Part shown: positions 9,558-18,953 of the stretch, piece by piece | Position numbering within the stretch: the first letter of the stretch is position 1 | Layout: every line of letters begins with the position of its first letter | Assembly (NCBI GenBank): GCA_965219995.1 | Contig: CBDCOX010000002.1 | Span: 2,912,001-2,976,000 of the forward strand | DNA: 64,000 nt | Source of the DNA: Candidatus Latescibacterota bacterium | GTDB taxonomy: Bacteria; Latescibacterota; UBA2968; GCA-2709665 | Direction: 5' to 3' | Position numbers and translations under genes: made by a program | The notes under the pieces: model-generated | The model's input: the letters and a program-made list of their open reading frames with translations, nothing else | Databases searched by the model: none | Told to the model about the DNA's origin: nothing

Positions 9558-10316
9558 CTAATCCCACCTTTCGGTTCCGTCCAACATCGCACGCCGCATG
9601 ATCGCCTCCGCGGGTCGCGGACACCACTTCCCCAGAAAGGCTGCCGCGCGATTCTTGAAACCCGGAATGACGCGGCGTTTTTTCTTCGTGATCCCATCGA
9701 GAATCTTCTCCGCCAATTCTTCGGGCGGCATGCGTTTTTCTTCCCTTGAACTGTCCGGGCTGTACCTGCGGGCATGGTCGGTGCGCGTTGGGCCGGGAAA
9801 CACCGTCAGGACGTGTATGCCGCACGCCGCGAGCGCGACCGAGAGACTTCGCGCGTAAGACGCCAGCCCGCTCTTGCTCGCCGCGTACGCCGCGGCCCCC
9901 GGATAGCTTACGTAGTGAGAGAGCGAGGAGACGAATACAAGGGAACCGCCGTGCACAATGCGATCGGCAGTCAACAACATCGCCGTCAACACCATGGGCG
10001 CCTGAAAGTTGACCGCGACAACCTTCTCCTGATCCGCCAATCCGACGCTGGGAAATCTCCCGACGGCGCTGATGCCTGCGTTGTGGACCAACACGTCGAT
10101 CGGGTCCATCGCGCCCAGTAGATCGTGGACGCGCGCGATACCTTGATCGGTACTCAGATCGGCCACGATAAAACGAGCTCCCAGCTCCCTTTCCAGAATG
10201 GCCGCGCCTTTCGCATCCACGTCCACGCCGGTGACGGAATACCCCGCGCGAACAAGCCGTCGGGCAAGCGCCTCCCCGATGCCATTCGCCGCACCTGTAA
10301 TGACCGCGTGTTTCAT
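9558..10316 (-). CDS. SDR family oxidoreductase
   Basis: TGAANGIG, HNAG, YAASK; ATGA-coupled to the upstream SDR. Confidence 0.88.
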   Translation of the reverse strand: MKHAVITGAANGIGEALARRLVRAGYSVTGVDVDAKGAAILERELGARFIVADLSTDQGIARVHDLLGAMDPIDVLVHNAGISAVGRFPSVGLADQEKVVAVNFQAPMVLTAMLLTADRIVHGGSLVFVSSLSHYVSYPGAAAYAASKSGLASYARSLSVALAACGIHVLTVFPGPTRTDHARRYSPDSSREEKRMPPEELAEKILDGITKKKRRVIPGFKNRAAAFLGKWCPRPAEAIMRRAMLDGTERWD

Positions 10317-11041
10317 CGCGCCTGCCATCGCATCATGGATTCGATCGCGCCGTCGCAATAACGCCCCAGGAACCGCAACGATCTGTTCCTCAAGCCAATA
10401 GTCACCACAGATCGACGTCCGTCTATCGCACGGGCGATCCGCGTGGCGACCCGCTTTGCCGGCGGAAACACTCTCGAATGCCCGTTCCGCCATCCTGACT
10501 TCCAATGGATGCCCGTCTGTGTCGCCCCCGGGTGTATGACCTGGACGTTCACGTCGCCCTCGACGCGCAGATTTCGCCCCAGTACGTCGAGCGCCTCTTT
10601 ACCGGCCGCATACACGGCAAATTCCGGACAGGGGAACGCGTGAGCGATGGAGCCAATGAGTACATGCTTGCCATTCGCGTTCTTCACATGCGGGTCCAAG
10701 GCGTGTGTCAGGCGTAACGGCGCCAGAAGATTGACGGAGACGATCTCTCGAATGCTGGCGCCGCTCTGATCCGCGATGCAACCGTAATATCCCGTTGCCG
10801 CGTTCTGAATGGCCAGATCCAATGTATCTATCTCCCGCTCACTCAGAAAGAGACCTACTCTGTCCGCGCAATCGGGCTCTGACAGATCCGCCTCGCAATA
10901 GGTCTCATCGCTGAAGAGTCCGCCTTCGAGCGAATCCAGCGCACGCCTCCCCACCAGCACCAGCCGATCACCACGCGCACGATAGATTCCCGCAAGCGCC
11001 CGGCCGATCCCGTCCGTCGCCCCGGTAATCAGAACCGTCAT
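10313..11041 (-). CDS. SDR family oxidoreductase
   Basis: TGATDGIG, QNAA, YAAGK, HPG. Confidence 0.85.
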   Translation of the reverse strand: MTVLITGATDGIGRALAGIYRARGDRLVLVGRRALDSLEGGLFSDETYCEADLSEPDCADRVGLFLSEREIDTLDLAIQNAATGYYGCIADQSGASIREIVSVNLLAPLRLTHALDPHVKNANGKHVLIGSIAHAFPCPEFAVYAAGKEALDVLGRNLRVEGDVNVQVIHPGATQTGIHWKSGWRNGHSRVFPPAKRVATRIARAIDGRRSVVTIGLRNRSLRFLGRYCDGAIESMMRWQAR

Positions 11042-11366
11042 TCTCGTACTCAATTTAAAGTCGCCATCCTTCCGGGGCCGCAACCCTCGCGCCCCATCGG
11101 CTGTCGCATCCAGGGCTTGCTCTTCAATGGGTGAAGCCCTATCTTCTGTTGGGCTCCGCCAACAATGGGCGTAAAGCACGTCCGACGCGACAAACCGTTC
11201 AGCCAGTGGACGTCGCCGACGTCGCTCTGTTCCACGCTGGTGACAGGGCGTCCATCGTGTCTCACGTATACGTCAGGTGATGATCGCGTGATGCTGGATA
11301 TAGTGTGCCCGTGGGGATAGCGAGTAAAGGGAAGACGAACAGGACACGACAAGGAAGGTTTCTCAG

Positions 11367-12305
11367 ATGTTGTCACACGAAGTTTCTCGCGAGCGGGCAT
11401 GGCGGACGGACAGTATCGACGATTCCGCAGCCTGGTACTACACGCTGTCCGAGGATTGTCTTTCCAACCTCAGGCGCATTATCCGGCACGCGCGGAGGCA
11501 TACCGGACCGATCACGGAGATTTCCCTGCCGGACGAATCGTCCAATGGCTGCCGAGAATGCCTTCAGCCGGCGCTCGATGCTCTGAGTTCGGGACGGGGT
11601 TTTGCGATCGTCGAACGGGCGCCCTGTGAAGTTGAGGATGCGACCGCGATGTACTGGACGGTCGGAAACTTCCTTGGAAGCCCCATGGCGCAGAATATCG
11701 AAGGAACGCTGCTGTACGACGTGCGGGACACGGGCATGGATGTGGCGCAGGGAGCCAGATTTTCAGTGACCAACGCAGAGAGCACGTTCCATAATGACAA
11801 CGCCTTCGGCAGACCACTGCCCGACGTCGTGGGACTGCTCTGCCTGCGCACGGCTGTTTCCGGCGGACAGAGCCAACTGATAAGCGGCTACGCCCTCCAC
11901 AGCGAGCTGCTGGAAAATCACGCCGACGTCCTTGAAATCCTCTATCGACAGTTCCATTTCGATCGTCGAGGACAGTTCGAAGCCGGCGAATCACCAACGT
12001 CGGAGTTCCCCGTTTTCCAATGGCGCGGAGGGGAATTGACGCTCCGATATTTGTACTACTACATCCAGGTGGGTCACGAGCGCGCGGGCAAATCGCTGAC
12101 CGCGGATCAAAGGAGAGCGCTGGACGCTGTGGAAGCGTTGCTGCGCCGCGAGGACTTCAGGGTGGAGTTCAATCTGCAACCCGGTCAGATGCTGTTCACG
12201 AACAACCGCTGGATCCTGCACAATCGCACCGCATTCGAGGACGATCCCGATCCGGAACGCCGCCGGCATTATGTGCGGCTCTGGCTGCGCCGCCGCGGCC
12301 TGTAG
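11367..12305 (+). CDS. TauD/TfdA (clavaminate synthase-like) Fe(II)/2-oxoglutarate dioxygenase
   Basis: FHND (HxD), SGGQS, NNRWILHNR, RHYVRLWL. Confidence 0.88.
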   Translation: MLSHEVSRERAWRTDSIDDSAAWYYTLSEDCLSNLRRIIRHARRHTGPITEISLPDESSNGCRECLQPALDALSSGRGFAIVERAPCEVEDATAMYWTVGNFLGSPMAQNIEGTLLYDVRDTGMDVAQGARFSVTNAESTFHNDNAFGRPLPDVVGLLCLRTAVSGGQSQLISGYALHSELLENHADVLEILYRQFHFDRRGQFEAGESPTSEFPVFQWRGGELTLRYLYYYIQVGHERAGKSLTADQRRALDAVEALLRREDFRVEFNLQPGQMLFTNNRWILHNRTAFEDDPDPERRRHYVRLWLRRRGL

Positions 12306-12332
12306 TTGTTCCCATTTGCATGAACCCCGCGC

Positions 12333-12791
12333 CTACCCGTCCACAATCTCATAGACGCCCGAATTGTTCAAATTCTCCCGGGTCTCCACCCGGAATACCC
12401 AGCAACGTCCATCGGTCTTATCGCGGATCATCCGGTCGGCATAGTCAAACGCAAATTTCGAGGATGCCTCCATCCCCACGTTCGGCATCACGCGCAGATC
12501 CACAATCCCCCTCCGGTGCATTTCCTCGAACAGCTTCCGCTCCGGATCGTCTTCGTTGATCAGCATCGTGTGGTCGAACATGTGCTCCAGCCAGGCCTTC
12601 AGATCCTTGAGTTTGCCGAAATCCACCACAAATTGATTCTCGTCCAGCTCGTTGCACGTAAAGTGGAATGTGATGACGCGGTTGTAGCCGTGGATGAACC
12701 GACAGTGACCGTCGTGATGCGCCTGTCGGTGTGAACACGGCAGGTTGTGAAATGTCTTGGTGGACGAATACCGTCCTTCCGCTCCGGCCAT
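12333..12791 (-). CDS. queD: 6-carboxytetrahydropterin synthase
   Basis: SHRQ..GHCRFIHGY, VDFG, FDHT, GME, C-terminal E..NS. Confidence 0.88.
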   Translation of the reverse strand: MAGAEGRYSSTKTFHNLPCSHRQAHHDGHCRFIHGYNRVITFHFTCNELDENQFVVDFGKLKDLKAWLEHMFDHTMLINEDDPERKLFEEMHRRGIVDLRVMPNVGMEASSKFAFDYADRMIRDKTDGRCWVFRVETRENLNNSGVYEIVDG

Positions 12792-12886
12792 AACCCCCTT
12801 CTCTCTTTCCGGTCAATCACTTGGAAGATACGCAATCCACCCTCTCTGTCAAGACTTCAGCATCGAATGACACAAGGAGCGCGCCG

Positions 12887-13729
12887 ATGATCATCGACAC
12901 CCATACCCACTTCTACGATCCCGGCCGTCCGGAAGGGGTGCCCTGGCCGCCGCGGGCCGACGCCCTGCTCTACCGCCGTGTGCTTCCTGAAGACTACAAG
13001 GCCATTGCGGTTCCGGAGGGCGTGACCGGCACCGTGGTCGTGGAGGCCAGCGAGTGGTTCGAAGACAATCGCTGGATCCTCGATCTGGCCGAAAAAGATC
13101 CCTTCATCGTAGGCTTTGTCGGCAATCTCGACCCGGACGCCGACGCCTTTCAGGACCGGCTTGCGAGCCTGGCGGGCAACCCGCTATTCCGGGGCATCCG
13201 CCTTCACAGGAATGAAGTCCGAACCGTCAGCGACCCGCTTTCCGCCAGACTCGAGCTGCTGGCGCGGCTCGACCTCTCCCTGGACCTCCTCATCGACGTC
13301 GAGCAGCTTCAATCCGCCGTCCGCATCGCCGAGCGGCTGCCGGACCTGCGCATCGTGCTCAACCACGTCATCCACGTACCCATCGACGGCAGGACGCCGG
13401 ACCCCGAGTGGATCGACGGCCTTCACAATGTCGCGCAGTTCCCGAACATCTATTGCAAGGTGTCCGGCCTGGTCGAGACCGCACGGGAAAGACCCGCGCC
13501 TCCCGAGCTGATCTATTATTCGCCGACGCTGGACCACCTCTGGGAGATTCTCGGCGTGTCCCGACTCATCTACGCCAGCAACTGGCCCGTGTGCGAACAC
13601 GGCGCGGACTACGCCACGGTACAGCGCATTCCCATGGAGTACTTCAGAGCTATTGGTGAAGAAGCGGTCGAAGGGGTATTCTGGAAGAACGCAAAAGCGG
13701 CTTACAGGTGGCCCGATCGCAGGCAATAG
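12887..13729 (+). CDS. Amidohydrolase_2 family protein (L-fuconolactonase-like)
   Basis: IIDTHTHF, VLNH, KVSG, SNWPV, NAKAAY; AAGGAG SD. Confidence 0.85.
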   Translation: MIIDTHTHFYDPGRPEGVPWPPRADALLYRRVLPEDYKAIAVPEGVTGTVVVEASEWFEDNRWILDLAEKDPFIVGFVGNLDPDADAFQDRLASLAGNPLFRGIRLHRNEVRTVSDPLSARLELLARLDLSLDLLIDVEQLQSAVRIAERLPDLRIVLNHVIHVPIDGRTPDPEWIDGLHNVAQFPNIYCKVSGLVETARERPAPPELIYYSPTLDHLWEILGVSRLIYASNWPVCEHGADYATVQRIPMEYFRAIGEEAVEGVFWKNAKAAYRWPDRRQ

Positions 13730-13813
13730 AAAGTCCCGGCGTGATGGGAGTGCGCCGCCCCGACGGTCCCACCGGGTACCGGATATTTCGTCCTGGCAAT
13801 TCCCGTACAGACG

Positions 13814-14170
13814 TTATCGTTGCCGGGTGAGCATGGGACCGAGCGGACGTCCGCCGAGAAGATGCATATGCAGGTGGTAGACCTCCTGGCCGCCGTGGTT
13901 CCGGCAATTCACGATCAACCGGTACCCGTCATCGGAAAGCCCCTCCTCTTCCGAGAGCCGGGCCGCCACCGTAAACAACCGGCCCAGCGCAGCCTCATCC
14001 TCGGACGATACGTCGCTGACGGTGGGAATCACCTTGTTTGGTACAATCAGAATATGAGTCGGCGCTTGCGGATTGATATCTCGAAACGCCGTCACCAGTT
14101 CATCCTGGTACGTGATTTCAGAAGGTATCTCCTTCCGGATGATCTTGCTGAAGATCGTCTCTTCGGCCAT
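13814..14170 (-). CDS. hinT: HIT family purine nucleoside phosphoramidase
   Basis: [31 protein letters not shown]. Confidence 0.93.
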   Translation of the reverse strand: MAEETIFSKIIRKEIPSEITYQDELVTAFRDINPQAPTHILIVPNKVIPTVSDVSSEDEAALGRLFTVAARLSEEEGLSDDGYRLIVNCRNHGGQEVYHLHMHLLGGRPLGPMLTRQR

Positions 14171-14322
14171 GGATTCTCCTTTCGATATGAACCTCTAATT
14201 GCTATCTTCTGCGGCCAGCGCTGAACAAAAAAACATCCTGCAAATCACAAATCAAGGCAATCTTTAACCTTAATTCGACAAGAGCAGCATCGCTGCTCCC
14301 GCGACAAGACCTTCCGAATTGG

Positions 14323-14462
14323 GCCGAAAAGGTCGTCGAAATGGACACTTTTTCCGTTCAGGTCCGGTGACCTGAAGTTTCATAGAAATCAGCAGTTAAA
14401 TCGCCTTTATTCAGTTGCACATATTCGAATTAACGTCCCCGAATAATTACGAATCAAGGTTA
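14323..14462 (+). repeat. Repeat A copy 1 (yidD upstream region)
   Basis: 140 bp, ungapped, 125/140 identical to 21232-21371 (hand count). Confidence 0.92.
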
Positions 14463-14499
14463 ACCCGAGAAGCCGTTAACCCCCAGAGAAAGCCGGAAT

Positions 14500-14763
14500 A
14501 TGCTTCCTGTCCTCGATCGACTTCTGGCCGCATCAACCATAATCCTTCTGCGGCTCTACCGGTTATTTGTCTCGCCTTTATTTCATGTCGTTTTCGGTCC
14601 CGGATGCGGGTGCCGGTTTCACCCCACGTGTTCCCGGTACGCCCGGGATTGCTTTCGGCAACATCCTGTTCCGGTCGCCCTGTTTCTGTCGGTCTCGCGA
14701 ATGCTGAGATGCCACCCCTATCACCCGGGGGGATTTGATCCCGTCCCGCCGAAAAGCCCCTGA
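14500..14763 (+). CDS. yidD: Membrane protein insertion efficiency factor
   Basis: Y...SP, CRFHPTCSRY, RMLRCHPYHPGGFDPVP. Confidence 0.92.
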   Translation: MLPVLDRLLAASTIILLRLYRLFVSPLFHVVFGPGCGCRFHPTCSRYARDCFRQHPVPVALFLSVSRMLRCHPYHPGGFDPVPPKSP

Positions 14764-14832
14764 ACCGGTCTTCCATGTTCGCAATCGCCCGGATCCATTG
14801 GAGTACCGGCCCCGGGGTTTCACGCATCGGTC
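14703..14832 (+). repeat. Repeat B copy 1 (intact yidD 3' end + decayed lgt 5' end)
   Basis: About 110/130 identical to 22486-22614; encodes MFAIARIHWSTGPGVSRIG versus Lgt MFVIAQIHWSADPEIFRIG. Confidence 0.92.
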
Positions 14833-14879
14833 GTTCAGGTCTTTTCACGGAAAATGTCCATCCTCCCACGCCTACCTCT

Positions 14880-15248
14880 ATGCAACGAGACACCCGTCAA
14901 CGCCGGGCGATCCGCGTCGTATTCATAAACGCCGGGCGCCCTCTCACGTCTGAAGAGGTCCTCGAGTACGGCCAACAGATCGTTCCGTCACTCGGTGTGG
15001 CAACCGTATACCGGAACGTGAAGATTCTCGTTGGCGAGGGGTGGCTATCGGAAGTGCAATTCAGGGGCGGCGGGCTTCGATACGAGTTGGCCGACCGTCC
15101 GCATCACCACCACTTCCTCTGCCGCTCCTGTGATCAGGCGTTCGACATCCATCGTTGCCCTGACGAAGTCGAAGCTCTGGCGCCCGACGGCTTCGAAGTC
15201 GACGGCCACGAGCTGGTTCTTTTCGGTCGCTGCGCGGCGTGTGCGTGA
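14880..15248 (+). CDS. Fur-family transcriptional regulator (Zur/Fur-like)
   Basis: TRQRRAI, LGVATVYR, HHHHFLCRSC, HELVLFGRCAAC. An in-frame ATG at 14775 comes from the lgt duplicate. Confidence 0.9.
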   Translation: MQRDTRQRRAIRVVFINAGRPLTSEEVLEYGQQIVPSLGVATVYRNVKILVGEGWLSEVQFRGGGLRYELADRPHHHHFLCRSCDQAFDIHRCPDEVEALAPDGFEVDGHELVLFGRCAACA

Positions 15249-15288
15249 CTGGCGTCCAGCACACACTACGCACCTCTCCGACACCCTC

Positions 15289-15318
15289 TTGACTTGATAG
15301 CGATAAATCATTATCATT
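15289..15318 (+). promoter_or_regulatory. sigma70 promoter overlapped by a Fur/Zur-type box
   Basis: TTGACT-N17-TATCAT, with GATAGCGATAAATCATTATC spanning the spacer and -10 (close to GATAATGATAATCATTATC). Confidence 0.65.
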
Positions 15319-15428
15319 ACTGTCGTGCCGCTTACGCCGTTGACGCCGCAGACCTGGTCCAGGTCTGCACGGCGTGGGGGTTCGACGTCCAGATTCCAAT
15401 GCTCGCACCTCTGCTCCAGGAGAACTAG

Positions 15429-16850
15429 ATGAACACGCCGCGAAAAGTACCTGTTTCCATCCTCACCGGCTTCCTCGGCTCTGGCAAGACGACGCTGCTC
15501 AACCGGATCTTGAGTGAGGAGCACGGCAAGCGCATTGCGGTGATCGAGAACGAGTACGGCGAGGTCGGCATCGATCAGGCGCTCGTCATCGACGCTGACG
15601 AAGAGATCTTCGAGATGTCGAACGGATGCATCTGCTGCACGGTGCGCGGAGACCTGATTCGCGTACTCGGCAATCTCATGAAGCGCCGCGACAAGTTCGA
15701 CTATGTGCTGGTGGAGACCACAGGGCTCGCCGATCCCGGCCCGGTCGCTCAGACCTTCTTCATGGACGATGAGATTCGTGCGGAGTTCTCGCTTGACGGG
15801 ATCGTCACGCTCGTCGATGCAGCCCACATCGAGCAGCAGCTCGGACGAAGCGACGAAAGCAAGGAGCAAATCGCATTTGCAGACGTCCTCGTGCTCAACA
15901 AGACGGACCTCGTCGATGGCGAGGCGCTCGACAGGCTCGAAGCTCGGCTTCGGGACATGAACCGAATGGCGCAGGTCGTACGCAGCGAGCGGGCGAACGT
16001 CTCCGTCGATACTGTACTCAATCTCGACGCCTTCGACCTGGACCAGGCGCTCGAGCGTCGCCCCACTTTTCTCGAGCCCGAGTATCCCTTCGAATGGACT
16101 GGAGTCTACTCGCTCGGTATCGGCCGCTACGAACTCAGCCTCGCCGATGGACCTGATCCGGCGATGTCGCTCGTCGTCGTGTCCGACCAGGGCACGGATG
16201 ACGCTGCCCTCCGTGAGGGTGCTGAGTGGTGTGTGCGGCGGTACGCCGAACCTGCGGCACTCATTCGCCCAGGGGAAGAACTCGCGGTCGGAAAGCATGT
16301 GAACCTCCGGCTGGATTCCCCGGGGCGCAAGTCCTTCTTCCTGGATGTCAATTCGAAGGTGCGGGTTGGCCTTTACGCCCAGCACCTCGCGGAGGAGTTC
16401 GATCTCCAACTCACGAACGCGGGTCGAGCGCCTATAGAGATAGAGGAGCGTCCGGGCTCCGAGCCTGCCTCCACAGCGGCCGGCACCCTGTCCAACAAGG
16501 GAGCAGCCGTTCCCGTCGAGGTCGAGCGAACCTGGGTCGCACAGCACGAACACGACGACGAGGTGAGTTCGATCGCGATTGAGCGGGACGGCGACGTCGA
16601 TCCAGGCAGGATCGACGCCTGGCTTGGCAAACTGCTCAGTGAGCGCGGGGTGGACATCTTCCGAATGAAGGGCTTCATCAGCCTCGCGGGCGAGTCGCGT
16701 CGCTTCGTCTTCCAGGGGGTTCACATGCTCTTTGACGGCCAGCCGGATCGTGAATGGGGCGACGCGCCACGCCGCAATCAGCTCGTCTTCATCGGCCGCA
16801 ACCTCGATGAGCAGAGCATGCGGCAGGCGTTCGAAGCATGTCTGATTTGA
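15429..16850 (+). CDS. COG0523/CobW-family G3E GTPase metallochaperone
   Basis: GFLGSGKTT, ENEYGE, GCICC, ETTG, NKTD; CobW_C motifs RMKG..QGVH..LVFIG; ~150-aa internal insertion. Confidence 0.95.
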   Translation: MNTPRKVPVSILTGFLGSGKTTLLNRILSEEHGKRIAVIENEYGEVGIDQALVIDADEEIFEMSNGCICCTVRGDLIRVLGNLMKRRDKFDYVLVETTGLADPGPVAQTFFMDDEIRAEFSLDGIVTLVDAAHIEQQLGRSDESKEQIAFADVLVLNKTDLVDGEALDRLEARLRDMNRMAQVVRSERANVSVDTVLNLDAFDLDQALERRPTFLEPEYPFEWTGVYSLGIGRYELSLADGPDPAMSLVVVSDQGTDDAALREGAEWCVRRYAEPAALIRPGEELAVGKHVNLRLDSPGRKSFFLDVNSKVRVGLYAQHLAEEFDLQLTNAGRAPIEIEERPGSEPASTAAGTLSNKGAAVPVEVERTWVAQHEHDDEVSSIAIERDGDVDPGRIDAWLGKLLSERGVDIFRMKGFISLAGESRRFVFQGVHMLFDGQPDREWGDAPRRNQLVFIGRNLDEQSMRQAFEACLI

Positions 16851-17878
16851 ATGTCGACAGACCCAGGGGCGTTCTTCGCCGGGGCTGGTCCGCGGAGGTC
16901 GGCGACTATGCCATCGCCGGGGGTTGGAGCCTGCGCGGTAAAGCGCTGATGGTCGGTGATGCCGCGGGCGGCGTCTACGCATTCGACGGCAGGTCCGGCG
17001 CGGCCGCCTGGAAGAGGCGCGGGGTTCATGAAGGTGGTGTGCTCGCTGTGGCGATCCACCCGAGCGGAAACTCGTTCGCGACGGCCGGTCAGGACAGCCG
17101 AGTCTTACTCTGGAGAGCCGCCGAAGGTCAGGTAAGCCGGGCCATCGACGTCGGAAGCGGTTGGGTAGAAAACGTGGCGTGGTCGCCGGACGGCCAATGG
17201 CTGGCGGCCTCCTGCTCCCGCCAGGTTCGTGCGTATGGAGCGGACGGCGCGGAGGTCTGGCGATCTGATGACCATCCCAGCACCGTCAGCGCGATCGCCT
17301 GGTCAAGCGCCGGGGAGCTGGCGACGGCCTGTTACGGTCGGGTGACGTTCTTCGACGCGCCCACCGGCGAGCTTCGGCAGAAGCTGGAGTGGCAGGGATC
17401 CCTGGTGTCGTTGGTACTGAGCCCGGACGGAGACGTCGTGGCCTGCGGCAGCCAGGACAACTCGGTGCACTTCTGGCATCGCTCCACGGAGCAGGACTCC
17501 ATGATGTCAGGATATCCTGCCAAGCCGTCGGCCCTGGCTTTCGATGACACCGGCACCCTCCTGGCCACCGGCGGCGGAGAGGCAGTGACGGTCTGGAGCT
17601 TCCAGGGAAGGGGTCCCGAAGGCACGCGGCCCGGCGTTCTGGAGCTTCATGTTCAACCCGTCACGACGCTTGCCTTCGCTCGCCGCGGGATGCGCCTGGC
17701 ATCGGGAGGCCGCGACGGCGCCGTGGTTGTGTGGTCGCTTCAGAGAAATGGAGAAGGCGGTTCGATAGGGGCCGCGGCTGTGGGGGGCGTAGTGGCTGAA
17801 TTGTACTGGCGGCCAGACGGCCGCGCGCTTGCCGCGCTCGACGCGCGGGGTGGCGTGACGGTTTGGCGAATAGGGTGA
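16838..17878 (+). CDS. WD40-repeat beta-propeller protein
   Basis: Repeated AWSPDG..LA / ATAGQD.V.LW / GSQDNSVHFW blades; 13-nt overlap with the COG0523 gene. Confidence 0.88.
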   Translation: MSDLNVDRPRGVLRRGWSAEVGDYAIAGGWSLRGKALMVGDAAGGVYAFDGRSGAAAWKRRGVHEGGVLAVAIHPSGNSFATAGQDSRVLLWRAAEGQVSRAIDVGSGWVENVAWSPDGQWLAASCSRQVRAYGADGAEVWRSDDHPSTVSAIAWSSAGELATACYGRVTFFDAPTGELRQKLEWQGSLVSLVLSPDGDVVACGSQDNSVHFWHRSTEQDSMMSGYPAKPSALAFDDTGTLLATGGGEAVTVWSFQGRGPEGTRPGVLELHVQPVTTLAFARRGMRLASGGRDGAVVVWSLQRNGEGGSIGAAAVGGVVAELYWRPDGRALAALDARGGVTVWRIG

Positions 17879-17984
17879 GCAAGGGCCAGAATTGCCCTGC
17901 CCAAACATCTCCACCTCGATCCTGAAGCTCAAGACGCATTCTCTGCCGACGGAACGCCTCTCCTTTGTCAACCCAAAATAGTAC

Positions 17985-18012
17985 TTGCCCATGAGAATAA
18001 GTATCACATGAT
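17985..18012 (+). promoter_or_regulatory. Candidate promoter with Fur/Zur-like box upstream of the ABC module
   Basis: TGAGAAT-A-AGTATCA (7-1-7, imperfect) between TTGCCC and CATGAT. Confidence 0.45.
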
Positions 18013-18190
18013 TTCAGGGGAAACAACCTCTAAGGATTTCTGAATCACTCACTCGCAGGGTTTGTCGGGGCATGCCTCTCGTCTGCATGTGTCCTGCTTT
18101 TGGTGGGGCATCTTCTGAATCGTCGCTTGTGCTCTTTGTGGCCAATTCAACGGTTATCCTCTTTCAAATGGAGGCTGATCGGAGACTGCG

Positions 18191-18853
18191 ATGTCACTAT
18201 TGACGGTCACGAATCTGGAAAAGGCTTACGCTTCACCTGAAGGTACACAGAGCCGCATCATTGATGTTCCCCATTTCGAGATAGACGCAGGAAGTCAAAT
18301 TGCGCTCCGAGGGAGCAGCGGTGTTGGAAAGACGACATTTCTGAATCTGATCGCCGGAATTCTACAAGCCGACAACGGAAGCATTGTGCTCGCTGACGAG
18401 GAGATGACTGCTCTTTCGGAATCGGAGCGGGACAGGTTGCGTGCCCACAACATCGGGTATATTTTCCAGACCTTCAATCTGCTTGCCGGCTACACAGCCT
18501 TAGAGAACGTTACGCTCGGAATGATGTTCGGAAAGGGAATTGACGCCGATTTTGCCCAACATCTGCTTGAACGGGTCGGACTTGGCGATCGAATGCAGTA
18601 TCGCCCTTCGCAGCTATCGGTCGGGCAGCAACAACGTGTTGCGGTTGCCCGCGCCGTTGCCAATCGACCCCGTCTCGTACTCGCCGATGAACCGACCGGC
18701 AATCTGGATTATCACCATGCCAACGAAGCGGTAACACTCATCCGTGAAGTATGCTGCGAAAACAGTGCAGCGCTGCTTATTGTCAGCCACGACTCAAGAG
18801 TTCTCGGCCAATTTGAGGAGGCAATGGATTTTGCGCAAGTAAATCGCGTATAA
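18191..18853 (+). CDS. ABC ATP-binding protein (LolD/ZrgB-like)
   Basis: GSSGVGKT, FQTFNL, LSVGQQQRV, LADEPTGNLD, SHD. Confidence 0.93.
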   Translation: MSLLTVTNLEKAYASPEGTQSRIIDVPHFEIDAGSQIALRGSSGVGKTTFLNLIAGILQADNGSIVLADEEMTALSESERDRLRAHNIGYIFQTFNLLAGYTALENVTLGMMFGKGIDADFAQHLLERVGLGDRMQYRPSQLSVGQQQRVAVARAVANRPRLVLADEPTGNLDYHHANEAVTLIREVCCENSAALLIVSHDSRVLGQFEEAMDFAQVNRV

Positions 18854-18953
18854 ACTACCACAACCCGGTTTCTGTTTCACGGATTTTCAACGTGAATTCC
18901 GCTGTTTTAAACATCAATCCAGATGTTCCCCTGTGGAAGAATGAAGGAGAAAC

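Noticed and set aside
12333-12791. queD as a Zur-regulated QueD2 or part of a 7-deazaguanine DNA-modification (dpd) cluster
   Set aside because: Ordinary single-domain length, no Fur-like box seen and no dpd genes; queC is 22 kb away in core context, consistent with normal queuosine synthesis.
14415-14738. Apparent paralogous ORF starts MHIFELTSPNNYESRL / MHILELTYPNNDESRL (also at 21324)
   Set aside because: These are translations of non-coding repeat A; the real genes start at 14500 and 21375.
15319-15428. Cobalamin riboswitch ahead of the CobW-like gene
   Set aside because: The leader is too short and lacks the GGGAA/B12-box core; only a simple hairpin is present.
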